From contig NC_045697.1 in assembly GCF_009834535.1 (NCBI RefSeq), forward strand, positions 36,706,001 through 36,770,000: a stretch of 64,000 bases of DNA. The letters are read 5' to 3'. The DNA comes from Camelus ferus. Lineage: Eukaryota. The notes under the pieces are model-generated. The model searched no databases. It worked only from the letters and a program-made list of their open reading frames with translations, and was not told the DNA's origin. Below are positions 48,670-60,249 of this stretch, piece by piece; positions within the stretch are counted from its first letter, which is position 1, and the number at the start of each line of letters is the position of its first letter. The position numbers and the translations under genes are program-made.

Positions 48670-49332
48670 GACCTTAGTTTTTAGACCACAGCAAAGTTTA
48701 GGGGCAAATACAGAGTTACAGTGTCCCCCAAGCCCCCACCTATGCCCCCATGGTCAACTGTCCCCCACCAGAGTGGTACATTTGTTACAACTGATGAACT
48801 TATACTGATACATCATAATCACCCGAAGTCCATAGTTTAAATTAGGGTTCACTCTTGGTTGCACATTCTATGGGTTTTGACAAATCTAAGTAATAACATG
48901 TATCCACAATATAGATTTACTGTAGTATCACACAGAGTAGATTTACTGCCCTAAATATCCTCTGCCTCCACCTATTCACCCCTCCTTCCCCAATGCCTGG
49001 CAACCACTGATCTTTTTGCTGTCTCCATAGTTTCACATTTTCCAGAATGTCATTTATTTCAAATCATACAGTAGGCAGCATTTTCAGATTGGCTTCTTTC
49101 ATTTAGTAATATGCCCCTAAGGTTCCTCCATGTCTTTTTGTTGTCTGATAGCTTATTTCTTTTTAGCACTGAGTAATATCTCATTGTCTGGTGGTAGCAC
49201 TGTTTGTTTATCCATTCACCTACTAAAGGATGTATTGGTTGCTTCAAAGGATTGGCAATTATGAATAAAGCTATAAACATCTGCGTGTGAGTTCTTGTGT
49301 AGACAAGTTTTCAATTCAGTTGGGTCAATGAA
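48670..49332 (-). mobile_element. L1MC1/2-type 3' region, antisense
   Basis: cccccaccagagtggtacatttgttacaactgatgaac...acatcataatcacccgaagtccatagttta...ctggcaaccactgatc...atgaataaagctataaacat. Confidence 0.9.
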
Positions 49333-49881
49333 GACGATTGTTTTTTGAAACAAACTTGACAGCCAGCATTTCTGACTCCCACCAGAAGCACAAAGCTTCA
49401 CCATCATCTGAGATATTATCTCTCTGTTGAGGACTGTTCTACGTGCTCTAGGGGCAGACACAGAGAAGAATGGGGGTTTCTGTCCTAATTTCATGGTATG
49501 AAAGGGAAGGTCAATGTGGAAATTCACTGAGAAACATGACAGTATGTATTGTGAGCTGAAAGAGAAACTCTACAATGGAGAAGTGGAAGGGAAAAGGTAA
49601 ATACTTAAGTACACCTATAACAACAGAGAAAGAAAGACTAAGAGAAGGTAGAAGTTAGTAGCTACTTCACTAATATTCCAATTTACACATTAAAGCGAGT
49701 GCAGTTGTCTTTACACACCCCATCCACTCCTTTCAGTGTCTCTCCCTCCCTTCAGCTTCCTCAGTCCAAGGGGACACATTGTCAATCCCCAAGCAGCTCC
49801 GACAAAGGGTTGAAATGGCCAGATGTACCACTTCACGTGGAGGAGTCAATGAACCCAAGTCGAAATGAACGTATTGCTCTC

Positions 49882-50341
49882 TGTGCTGGGTTGAATCATG
49901 GCTCCCAAAAGCTAGGTCCGTGTCATAATTCCTACAATGTATGAATGTCACCTTACTCCAAAAGACGATCTTGCAGATACAAATATGTTAGGGCTCTCCA
50001 AATGAGGAAATCACCCTCGATTATCTGGATGGGTCCTAAGTCCAGTGACAAGTATCCTATTAAGAGACACATGTTAGAGAAGACGGACAGAAGAGGAGGC
50101 AGTGATGTGACCAGAAAGGAAGTGACTGGGGGAATGTGACCACAATCAGGGAAAACCTACAGCCACCAGAAGCGGGAAGAGGCAAAGAACAGACTGTTCC
50201 CTACGGTCTCCAGAGGAAGTGGGGGCCTCCTACACCTTGCTCTCAGGTTTCTGACCTCCAGTACTCTAAAAGAATAAAGCTCTGCTGTTTTAAGCCACAG
50301 TTTCAGGTAATTTGTTACAGCAACCACAAGAAACGAATAGA
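49882..50341 (+). mobile_element. MLT1C-like MaLR solo LTR
   Basis: tgtgctgggttgaatcatggctcccaaaag...gattatctggatgggtcctaagtccagtgacaag...cagccaccagaagcgggaagaggcaa...gtaatttgttacagcaaccacaagaaacgaata. Confidence 0.9.
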
Positions 50342-51134
50342 CCCTCCTAAGAACATTTTTACTTTAATAAACCTAATATATTGATTGATAATGTTGTTTT
50401 GGATGTTGTCAGGCTTTTGGGCCATCCAGCACCTGAATCCCTCCCATGTTAGGCAGGTATCAGATACATCGTGGATGATATAGTTTCATTTCATCACAAT
50501 GATTCGTCTGTCAAGTTGTAGCCTTGCACGTGTGGTTGAAGAGCTGGGTGAACTCTGGAAGTCCTGTTCTCACTCTATTCTTTTCCATCTGCCCTACTTT
50601 CTTCTTCCACCAACTGAAAGCTTGTTGAATGCAGGAACCCATTCCCCACAATGTTTCAGGGCACATAACAAATACTGGGTGTGCACTTAGTATCATTTGA
50701 CCATAAAATAGAAAGTGCATGTGGCTTCCATGAATTAAGGAGGCCAACAATGCTCATAGAAATATAAATTCCTAGTGAATCTCCCTTTGTCCAGCCTCTC
50801 CCTTTCCCACATATACCCTGTTCTGTAGCCAGACTTACTTTTCTAATCTGAAAATATAATGATTCTTAAATATTTTCATTGGCTCTCCATCCTATAAAGG
50901 CCAGAGCTGAAAGTCACTTGGAAGGGACAAAACACGGAAAGGACTTCACAATCTGGCTTCAAGCTTCCTTTTTAGTTAACCTGTCGTCCTTCCACCATCA
51001 AATTCTCCATGCCTCAAGGGCATCATGTTCTTTCAGGCTTCAGCTTGGGCCAAACTGGGATATTCGATAACCCCAAGATGCTGGTCTCTTCACCTGCAAC
51101 ACACCATTTCTCCTCCCTCTACTGTATGATCATT

Positions 51135-51522
51135 TGTGACAGAAATAATACTTTATGAATACAAACTACTTCAGTTTCTTCCTGGACACACTGGAAGATT
51201 ACATTTTCTAGTTCCACTGATCTAGGTGGGGTTATATGCCTGGTTCTGGCCAATGGTATTCTAGTGGATGTGATGTCTGTCACTTCCTGATCTGGCTTCT
51301 AAATGCCCTGTGCTCTGTCTCTCCCATCATCATCTGATGGCTGGATGTGGAAGATATCAAGGTCCCAAAGGCCTGTGGGATGAAAGGATCCAGGGTCCCA
51401 GAATCACCATATGGAAGACAATATACCCAATACTCAATTCGAAGTGAGAAACAAATGTTGCAGTATTTTAATAACTGTGATGAGCTTGTTTGTTACAGCA
51501 TTTCCTATCCTGACTAATACAT
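51135..51522 (+). mobile_element. MLT1I/J-like MaLR LTR
   Basis: gttctggccaatggtatt...gtgatgtctgtcacttcc...atgaaaggatccagggtccc...ttgtttgttacagcatttcctatcctgactaataca. Confidence 0.75.
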
Positions 51523-51619
51523 CCATCCTTGAACAGCAGCTAAGTATCAATTTCTGTGAGTTGCCCTTAACACCCCTTTCTTGGTATTTTCCTAACACTT
51601 CGTTGTTGTTTTTCTTTAC

Positions 51620-52750
51620 AAAAATTTTCATGTTATTTTTAGTGATAGAATTAATAGAATAATATCACAGACTGCTTGGAAAACAGTTCTTAAAAATTAC
51701 TCATAAGCCTATCACTTTAACAATAACCTTGATCATTTTTTGCATAATTCCCTTCTCTCTTTAATATGTACACATTTTTCACAGCATATTTCAAAAATGT
51801 AATCTTTATTTCTGTCTCACTCCAAAAATTATTTTAAGGTAGAGATACATATAATTTTGTATCTCACTTTTTCTCTTCACATAATGGCATAAGCATTTTT
51901 TCTACATTGAGAGGTTCCTGATAACCATCACCTTTAATGAGTGTGCAATATTGCATTAAATGGATAGGCTGTAATTTACTTAATTATTGCTCTGTTTGGG
52001 GGCATTTGACTATTTTCATTTTTATTATAGATAATAATATGGTGAATATCCTCACAAATACAGCTATTCATATTTCGGTTTATTTTCCTAGGATAGACTC
52101 TTAGGAGTGAGCTTACCAGTGTGAATAATTTTATTGGTTTTATACAGTCAGCCCTCGCTATCCATGGATTCGGCATCCAAGAATTCAACCAACTGCAGAT
52201 CCAAAATATTAAAAAAAAAAAAAAAGTCCAGAAAGTTCCAAACAACAAAACTTGAAGTTGCTGCACTTTGGTATTTATTTCACAGCATTTACATTGTATT
52301 AAGTAATCTAGGGATGATTTAAAGTACACAGGAGACTGTGCATAGATTGTATGCAAATACTACACGATTTTACATAAGGGACTTGAGTATCCATGAACTT
52401 TGGTATCTGTGGGGGGTTTTGCAACCAATCTTCCATGAGAGATCAGTATATTCACCTCCAAACTACTTTCTAGAAAGTGGAAGGATGCTCACCTTACTGC
52501 ATCCCCCCAGGGATTATTTATACCATCTTTAATTTAACTAAAGAAAGATTGAACTTATTTGTATTTTAACTTACTTATTACTGATTACTAATTGAGTTAA
52601 ACTTTTCTTCATAAGATTATCTTCTCCTCCTTTCATTTGGTTAGGTATCTGTTTGGGTCATTATATACTTGTCTATTTTTAACAATTGATTCATTTCTTG
52701 CTTGTGTTTACAATGTACTTAATAAAGGTATCAATCCTTTGTGGCTTTGT
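51620..52750 (-). mobile_element. L1ME-type antisense fragment interrupted by MER2
   Basis: T-rich L1ME antisense (tttaatgagtgtgcaatattgcatt..., ttattttcctaggatagactcttaggagtgag, ccaaactactttctagaaag). Confidence 0.7.
52145..52446. mobile_element. MER2-type TcMar-Tigger MITE
   Basis: ta|cagtcagccctcgctatccatggattc...gtaatctagggatgatttaaagta...tatgcaaatactac...aagggacttgag; homologous to 20992-21305. Confidence 0.85.
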
Positions 52751-52764
52751 CATATCATCCACGG

Positions 52765-52910
52765 CTGTTCAAATTTATTTATTCAACAAATATTTTTTGA
52801 GCCCCACTTTGTGTCATGCACTGTCTAGGTACTGTAGACACATTAGATAAAAATCTGATAAAAATCAGATGTAAACAAATCAGATAAAAAAATATTCCTG
52901 TCCTCATGTT
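52765..52910 (-). mobile_element. L2 3' end, antisense
   Basis: atttattcaacaaatattttttgagccccactttgtgtcatgcactgtctaggtactg...ttcctgtcctcatg. Confidence 0.75.
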
Positions 52911-53214
52911 TCCTCTCTTTCATTAGACAGTAATTGTAAGTTTATTTGCATTACCCTCTTCCAATTATACTGTGAGTAACTAGAGGTTAGGAATGGGATT
53001 CTAGCTTATTTACTTTGATTTCTCCATTGCCTTTCATCACATTGTGGCACAAAGAAATGCTGGTTTGTGCAGAGAGAGAGGACTATTGTACAAAATGTTC
53101 AGAATGATGTTTCTAGCTCCCTAACATTTGGGCACATTTTAGCTTAATGCTTCGCATCCACTAGAATAAAAACTGGCTTCTCTACTGCCATGGACCTAAG
53201 GATACCAACTCCAT

Positions 53215-53490
53215 GATTATCAGTGCTGCCCATCAGATTTACTTGAAAAGTTAAAAAAAAATACACAAAACAAAACCACCTAATTCCCAGCACCCACTTC
53301 CAGACCAAGTAAGTCAAAAACTCCAGTTTTTGTTTTTTTTTTCAGTGGAGGTACTGGGGATTGAACCCAGCACCTTGTGCGTGCTAAGCATAAGCTCTAC
53401 CATTGAGTTATAGCCAAGCCCACCCTTGCTCCAGTATTTTTTAAAGCTCTCCAGTGATTTTAATGTGCAATCAGGATTGAAAACCACAGA
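53215..53490. mobile_element. MER5-type MITE interrupted by a SINE
   Basis: catcagatttacttgaaaag...attcccagcacccacttccagacc...tattttttaaagctctccagtgattttaatgtgcaatcaggattgaaaaccac. Confidence 0.7.
53328..53428 (-). mobile_element. tRNA-Ala-derived SINE (camelid vic-1 type)
   Basis: Reverse complement ...ggctataactcaatggtagagcttatgcttagcacgcacaaggtgctgggttcaatccccagtacctcca + A tail; colinear with tRNA-Ala(AGC), with A-box and B-box; TSD ctccagt at 53321-53327 and 53429-53435. Confidence 0.85.
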
Positions 53491-55788
53491 AGAGGCTACA
53501 ATGTTTGAAGGAGGGTCAGGTGAGAGAAACTGGAAGGTATTTCTTCTGGTTGGCAGAAACAGAGCTGCTTAAATTCTTTGCTTCTCTTTCCCCCTTTCTT
53601 TTTCCCTCTATCTAAATAGATTCATTTAAGTCCATTCAAGTCCAAGTCCATTCTTTATGGAGAGCGACACTGATGTGGAAAAAGTCCAAAGCCAATATTT
53701 GATGGAAAGTCTGTTCACTCTAGACATTCAAGTGTGACAGTGAAAGCTACACTGAAATGGACACTCTGTGAAAGTGAGGGCTTTGTTCTGTTTACTCAGT
53801 GTCCCCAGAGCCTAATGCCATGACTTGGGGACACTTGTTACAGCACCTAGCAGCCCAGCCTGACTAATCCACTCCTTGAAGCTTCTGTGAAGACTTTCCC
53901 AATTCTCCCAAGAAGAAATGAAACCCATCGAGAAAATACTGTTAGCATCCACCATTCCCAGAGACGAGAGAAAACCATGCAATGACCCAGATGGCAGTCA
54001 CTGGCGAGGACTTCTCTCACCGCCTGGCATTAGCGGGGTGGTGCAGGGCATCAGCAGGCGAGCTCCTGCAGGCTGGCAGCGGAACCAAGTATAGCAGCCA
54101 TGCTACTCCTAACAGGCTGATCTCACACCAGCTACTGCCAGAGAGGAAATGAGGACTTTCTGGATGGCCCCACTTAATTCAAATGGTTTAGAACAGGTTC
54201 TATTTTAAATGGACCATCTGGTATAAATTCACATACTAAACAGGGATACATACCAAAGCATCCCTCCACCTCCCCAGAACGTCAAAGCCGTACTTGTAGT
54301 CTTTCCTTTCACCCCTAGATAATATAAATACCAAAGTCAACGGCTTTTGTTCTCCTTCCTTGGGAATGTTCAGAAAAGGAGGCCTTATTTTAAGCGTGGA
54401 AAAAAGCAGTTCTTACACAATACCTTGAAATACTATTTTTCTAACTCAATCACTCTGTTTTCTGGTAAATTGTGACCACTTGCTTCATGAACACTCACTG
54501 GAAATTAAATCTGATAACATAACTGTAACACGCAAATGACAAGTACTTTGGAATTCTCTGGCATTTGTGCTTGGGGTGAGTTTTCCACAGCCTGTTTTTC
54601 TACCACGTAGTAAACAGGAAATACCTCTTAAAGTTTTTGAAAAACTCAATAATGGAAGAAAAAAAAAAACAGTTCAGGGATGTGTTGGGCAATGAAGAGG
54701 TTATTTTGTTGTCTGAGCTTCATAAAGAGATGTTTGCCACTGTCGGTATCTTTCCCCTGGGAAATCATCTCTTGAAATCGAGGAGAAATTCAGCTCTCAA
54801 AGAGAACCAGAGAGAAGTCAGATGGCATCTCATTCTACTTCAGAAAGCCCAGAGTCCTTTGGGGTTTGTACAACAGCCTTGCTCAAAACACTGAGGTTAC
54901 CATCTTAGTTTCTCCAGGAGAAACAGTTACCCAACAAGCCACTGTCTTTTCTCTTTCTGTTTCAAGCACTTTCTATAATCCCTACAATGTAGGAGGTCAA
55001 AAAAAGAATTCACCCTTCAGTTCCTGGTCAGACATCATGAAATTTATTCCCCAAATGTTCATGTTCTGATTCACAAGCTTTAGAGGCAAAGGAAGCTCTG
55101 CTCTTCCCCGAGCCTGAAAGTAACGTGCAGAACTTGAGGCCATTAGGAAAGCTAAGAATTCCTCCATCATAGCCCAGAATCAGTTGGTGTCTTCCAATGC
55201 ATCTCAAGTAAACATCAAGCTTTTCCAACTGAATCGAGAGACATTTAAAAGTGGCATTTGGGTGGAATATGACAGGAAGGAGTAAAGAGCTTTAGCGAAG
55301 AGGCAGGGTTATCTTGGATTTGTAGGTCTTGCAAATATTTATGCAAGGTGCTAAAAAGTAGCATCTCTCTTTAAAATTATTGGCCAAAGTGGGCTTATGC
55401 TTTTACTTTGTAAGTAAATATTGCTGCAACATCCTAAACAGATTTATTAGGCCTGTCACCAACAGCCAAATATTTATGTAAGCTCCGTGGGTTGAAAAGG
55501 TAATTGAAGGAGACTGTTTTAACCACAGCATTGTAAATGTTTAAGGTAACATCCTGCCTCTTTGAAACCATCCCACCTAGCCATATCATCATATTTATAA
55601 TAAAAAGACAACACGTTCAAAGTGATGCATTATTTCCTGCCATCTACAGTCAGGCTTCTGTCCTTTTATCACAGCCAAGCAGAAAAAAAGAAATTATTTC
55701 AGAGAGATCCTTGTATGCAATACCTGGGAAAACGTCACTGAAGATGTTATTAGTGGGAGCTGGGAGGGAGAGAGAAAATGTAATTGTT

Positions 55789-56442
55789 GTGGCAAATCTC
55801 GGAGATAATGAGGGTTCAGTTCCAGACAACCACAATAAAGGGAATATCAGAATAAAGCATGTCACACTAGTTTTTTGGTTTCCCAGTGCATATAAAAGTT
55901 GTGTTTACACTATGCTGCAGTCTATTAAGTGTGGAATAAATAGCATTATGTCTAGAAAAACAACGTACATATCTTAATTTAAAAATACTTTATTGCTGGT
56001 TACCATGTTTCCCTTTGTTATTGTAATTTGTGGGGAAGTACTGTTGAGACCACATAAATATCCTGTCAAAGTTGAGCTCAATGGTTTTAGCATCTATAGA
56101 TTCTGGGCTGAATTGATTATTTCTATAATGGTTGCAAAACGGTAATTTTTCAACTCTTTTTTCTTTTACCAAATGTTGTTTTAAAATGTAATGTTTTGTA
56201 GCAAGTAAGTGCATTCTTTCATATAGCAGATACATCAGAAATAAACTTGTATGATGGCTGTTAAGGTGAAAAAAATAAAAATAAAAATACTTTATTGCTA
56301 AAAATACTAACCATCATCTGACAATACAGGGTTGCCACAAACCTTCAATTTGTTAAAAAAAAAAAAACCAAAAACCAAAAAAAAAACATGGTATCTGAGC
56401 AGCAGAATAAAGCACAGCGCTAATAAAAACCAGTTATGCCTT
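55789..56442 (-). mobile_element. Short internally deleted Tigger1 derivative (Tigger1a-type), interrupted at 55998-56282
   Basis: Both Tigger1 ends present: ggcaaatctcggagataatgagggttcagttccagacaaccacaataaag... and ...gggttgccacaaaccttcaatttg...aataaaaaccagttatgcct. Confidence 0.85.
55998..56282 (+). pseudogene. Retroposed poly(A)-tailed transcript 3' end (non-coding retrocopy or orphan transduction)
   Basis: Perfect 17-bp TSD aaaaatactttattgct (55981-55997, 56283-56299); AATAAA at 56240-56245; A-rich tail from 56269. Confidence 0.85.
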
Positions 56443-56609
56443 TAACAGGGAATTGTTTTTTAAAAATGTCATTAGATCTTGCTAAGAATACGCAGATACA
56501 TTTAATAGCTGTATTCATTATTCAGTCGATCTATTTTGCTTTAAAAGTGCCTCAATAACTACTCATAAGGTTTGGTCTCAAGTCTGATCTGATTACCAGA
56601 ATAAACTCT

Positions 56610-56611
<2 letters not shown>

Positions 56612-56650
<39 letters not shown>
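56612..56650. repeat. (GT)n microsatellite
   Basis: Perfect dinucleotide run, seen directly. Confidence 0.95.
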
Positions 56651-56651
<1 letters not shown>

Positions 56652-56741
56652 CTAGCTGAGTGAATGAGTGAATTCTGGGCTTTACTAAGCTCCAACTGGT
56701 CTCATTTGCTTGTGGTCGTGTTGGTTTCAGTATCAGACTGT

Positions 56742-57235
56742 GCTGTATCAGTCAGGACTCTTTCAGTTGCAAGTAGAAAGAAACCAAACTCAACTAGCTT
56801 AAACCACACAGATCATGCAGTGGCTTACAGAATGGAAAGGTCCAGGAGATACACCTTCAGGCTCAGTTGGATTCAGGTGCTCAGAGTTGTTACTAAAATC
56901 CTTCGCTCTGCTTTCCTTGGTATTGACTTCGCTCTCAGGCAGGTTTTAGCTATTATGGCAGCCAAGATGAGCACCAGCAGCTCCAGATTTTTTTTTTTCT
57001 TACCAGCTTGGCAAACCACAGCAGATATTTGGTCCAGACTGGGATGCGTGGCTCTTCACAACGACCATTGTGACTTCACGTGCCTTCTCTGGGAACCAGG
57101 GGTAGTCCATGGGGGGCGGGGTCAGCTGAGCTGGAACCCCATTGATTGAAAGAGGGAAAGGGATGATTACTGGGGAAAATATCTGAGTGAAGTAGCAGAA
57201 GAAGAAGTTTAGCTGCTGAATGAGTAAACATAATT
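56742..57235 (-). mobile_element. LTR33-like ERVL LTR
   Basis: tgtatcagtcaggactctttcagttgcaagtagaaagaaaccaaactcaactagcttaa...ttcaggctcagttggattcaggtgctca...ctctcaggcagg. Confidence 0.75.
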
Positions 57236-57864
57236 GTTACCTTTTATAGTTACGCACAATCACAGGAGGCTCGTTTTTAGATCCCAAAGATGACACAAAG
57301 ATATATGTGCTGAACAAGTATCTAAGAGACCAGCGGCTACCTGCAAAACTGGTAGTCGGTGACATGGCCAAGAAATTAAGAGGATGGGAGAGTCCAAAAA
57401 ACTAATTCATTTGTGGAGAAGTTTACTAAACAGCCATCACTAAGAATCTCACCAGATCTGCTCAAATTTGCTAGCACCCTAGTGTTAACTAATCTAATGG
57501 CATAACTATGGATTAAGACAGTTTATCTCAAACATGGGCCCTGTTTTCACCCTGAGGTGCTTATGAAAATGCAGAGTCCTGGTGCCCAGACCTCCTTGTC
57601 ATGTCACCTGGAAAAGGACATCTGCATTTTCACATACCCTCTAGGCAACTTTTAATAAACTGGCTGACATGGTAAAATCTGGGGATTTTAGACCATGGGG
57701 TGCGTGTTTCCATTTAATTCCATTTGATATCTGCTCAGCTGCTTGGTTCGCTGACATCCTGCTGGTGCCACACGCACTAGAAACAATGGCTCCAGGTGTA
57801 CAATGGCCCCAGGTGTACTGGCGTACAGATGCAGTGTTTTAGATAACAGGGCTAGTAGGGTACA

Positions 57865-58311
57865 TGCATTATCAGGCCCAGTTCTTCACTCCCAGAGTCA
57901 CATCCTTGCCTAAACATCACATTCGCAGTGAATACTTCCCCACCTCTTGACTTGGAGTTTGTGTATCTTGCCTTGGCCAATGGAATATGGATGGATGTAA
58001 CAGGACACAGTTCTCAATCTGGGCCTTAAGAGACCTTCGGTATCTCCACTTGCCCTCTCACACTTTTGCCAAAGCCTTGAGAGGAGTTTCCCCGGAGGAG
58101 CTGCCGCCTTTCCTTCTGGGCCCAAAGCAAACACCTCTGGCGCAGAGCTCCCCAGATGAGTCCAGCTGGACCCACAGCTTGAAGCAGGGCCTGCCAGACA
58201 CACCAAGCCTAGAATGAGCCCAGCTCACTGACACACTCATTGCTTTAAGTCACTGAGTTTGGGGTGGTTCCCTCCACAGCATTGTTGTAGTAACACAGCT
58301 AACCAATACAG
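57865..58311 (+). mobile_element. MLT1H/I-like MaLR LTR
   Basis: cttgccttggccaatggaatatgg...ctgggccttaagagacctt...ttaagtcactgagtttggggtggtt...acagctaaccaataca. Confidence 0.8.
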
Positions 58312-58942
58312 TCAGGGGCTGTAAATATCTTTGGAGGATTGGTTTGATTTATTTGGGGTTGACTCCCTGCCTGAATTGAGGGAAACAATTTGGAGAGTTA
58401 AGTAGTGGTAATTTCACGAGAAGGGATCTTTCTGGGGGAGAGGTGGTCCTAGCTTGATGGGAATCCAGAGGAGATGAAGGTGAAACCTGTGTTCGCTGTC
58501 AGTATCACCTTCATAAACAGCAAACATGGAGGACACCCAGCACATGCCCAGTGCTGGGTGGAGACAGCGAGAGGTGTCCGGTAGGGCCAGTGTTCTAGAA
58601 AAGCTATGATCTCCCTGCAGGATCAAACCCAGGTCTCTTTAGAAATTCCATCGGAATTGACTCAGATTGGCCAGATTGTTCTCAGGACACGCTGGTTGAG
58701 AAATAAGACCTTTAAAGTGAAAAAATTCTCCCTGATTCTACCCATCATCCTAATAGTTGCACCCAACAAGACTTCATCACAGAAGTCTCCAAGCCCCCGG
58801 AGCTGAGTGGCTCGACGTGGAGTTGGTGAACTTGAGACGTTCTCCCTCACTGCAGTCCCCGGGGTTTGGTGTGCTAGCTCTAATCAAAATCCATTCCCCA
58901 CCCCGATGCCTCTATTCTTACTTTCTGGTCGAGACCATCACC

Positions 58943-59085
58943 CAGGACTAGCTATATAATTTGCAGGGCTCAGGACAAAATGAAAAATTAGGACCCACTC
59001 AAAACTTAGAATTTCACGACAGTGACCACAGAACATTAAACCAGATGTGGACTCTTCTGAGTGTGGGACCCTTCACGACTGCAGA
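58943..59085. mobile_element. MER91A-like hAT-Tip100 MITE
   Basis: caggactagctatataatttgcagggctcaggacaaaatgaaaa...agaatttca...cagaacattaaacca...cttctgagtgtgggaccc. Confidence 0.8.
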
Positions 59086-59996
59086 GGAATAGAATCTCAC
59101 ATACGGGAAGCAGGCCCTGCTGCTGCCTGGAAGGCAGCACCCAGAGCCGATGTCTACATGGATTAGAGGAAGCTCCAGCCAAGGGTCCAATCCTGGGTGA
59201 AATCAGAAGACGACCCCCAGACATTCACTCAACAATCACAGTGCCAACCACCTCCAAACTGCCCAACAGGCAGAGTGGTTAATTCGAGGGAGGGCCAGCC
59301 CCACAAAGAAATCAGCTGCCTCTCACCCTCAGGGCTGGAGGACAAGAGCGGACACAGCAGGGACACGGAACTGTTCTGCAATCCCAGCACCTCCACCCCC
59401 AGTGCCCGCAGCTGGGCCTTTCCTCACAATCATTCCGAAAATATTTGTGAGCCCCTCAAATGTGCTTCAAGTGCACTCAGACTTGCCCGTGGGTTTGAGT
59501 GATCACAGCTGGATCACAGAGGTTGCACAAGAGGAGCTGCACGTGGGGTCCTGTCCAGGACTGAGCACAGCCCAGAAATGCTCCAGCCAGACCCCGCCAA
59601 GGTAAGACAAGGGCCCCGACGCCCAGCAACCCCAGGGGCTCCCGGCCCACGGCAACTGCTCAGCACATGCAGACATTTGGCAAACAGACCCTCCTTTGAA
59701 GTCCAGGCAAAACTGGGAACTCTGCTGCCTGGGAACACGTGGCCATCAGTGGGAGGAAGGGGAGAGTGGAGCCCCAGCCCTCCTCCCCCAAAGTTTCAAA
59801 GTTGGCACTTCTTTTCCAGCAGTTTGAGCGCTGCTGCTGTCCACGCAGGGCTCAAAGGCTGGTCTACCCCTCTCTCATCCTTAAAAAACTCAACACGATG
59901 CTTAAGGCCAAGGTCACAGTGTCCCCTCTACGTGCTCCTGATTTCCCTTGATAGAAATGAGGGGAGGATGTGATGGAGGGTGGAGAGAGTCTAAAT

Positions 59997-60160
59997 CAGT
60001 GGCTCTCAAGGTGAATCCCAGACCAGCAGCTTTAGTAAACTGGCACCCAGTTAGAAATGCAAATCCCAGGCCTCACCCCGTATCTACTACATCAGACACC
60101 CCGAAGGCAGGAGCCAGTCATCATTTAACAAGCTCTCCAGATGATTCTGATGCTCCACTG
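59997..60160. mobile_element. MER5A MITE with 8-bp TSD
   Basis: Termini cagtgg...ccactg; TSD gtctaaat (59989-59996) / gtctaaac (60161-60168); gttagaaatgcaaatcccaggcctcacccc. Confidence 0.9.
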
Positions 60161-60249
60161 GTCTAAACAATGAAACTTCATTGCCTGAAACCATCACACC
60201 ACTCATTTTCAACAGTAAGTATTTTAAGGACAATCACAATGCTATGAGC

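Noticed and set aside
42737..50341. Two MLT1C-like LTRs about 7 kb apart, as possible ends of one provirus
   Set aside because: They are in opposite orientation with no MaLR internal sequence between them, so they are independent solo LTRs.
53328..53428. Possible functional tRNA-Ala gene
   Set aside because: Several substitutions relative to tRNA-Ala(AGC), a disrupted acceptor stem, an A tail and a TSD indicate a retroposed SINE.
57786..57820. 17-bp tandem duplication (atggctccaggtgtaca / atggccccaggtgtact), plus similar micro-duplications near 19890, 25451 and 53625
   Set aside because: Ordinary slippage duplications with no further structure; not arrays or CRISPR-like.
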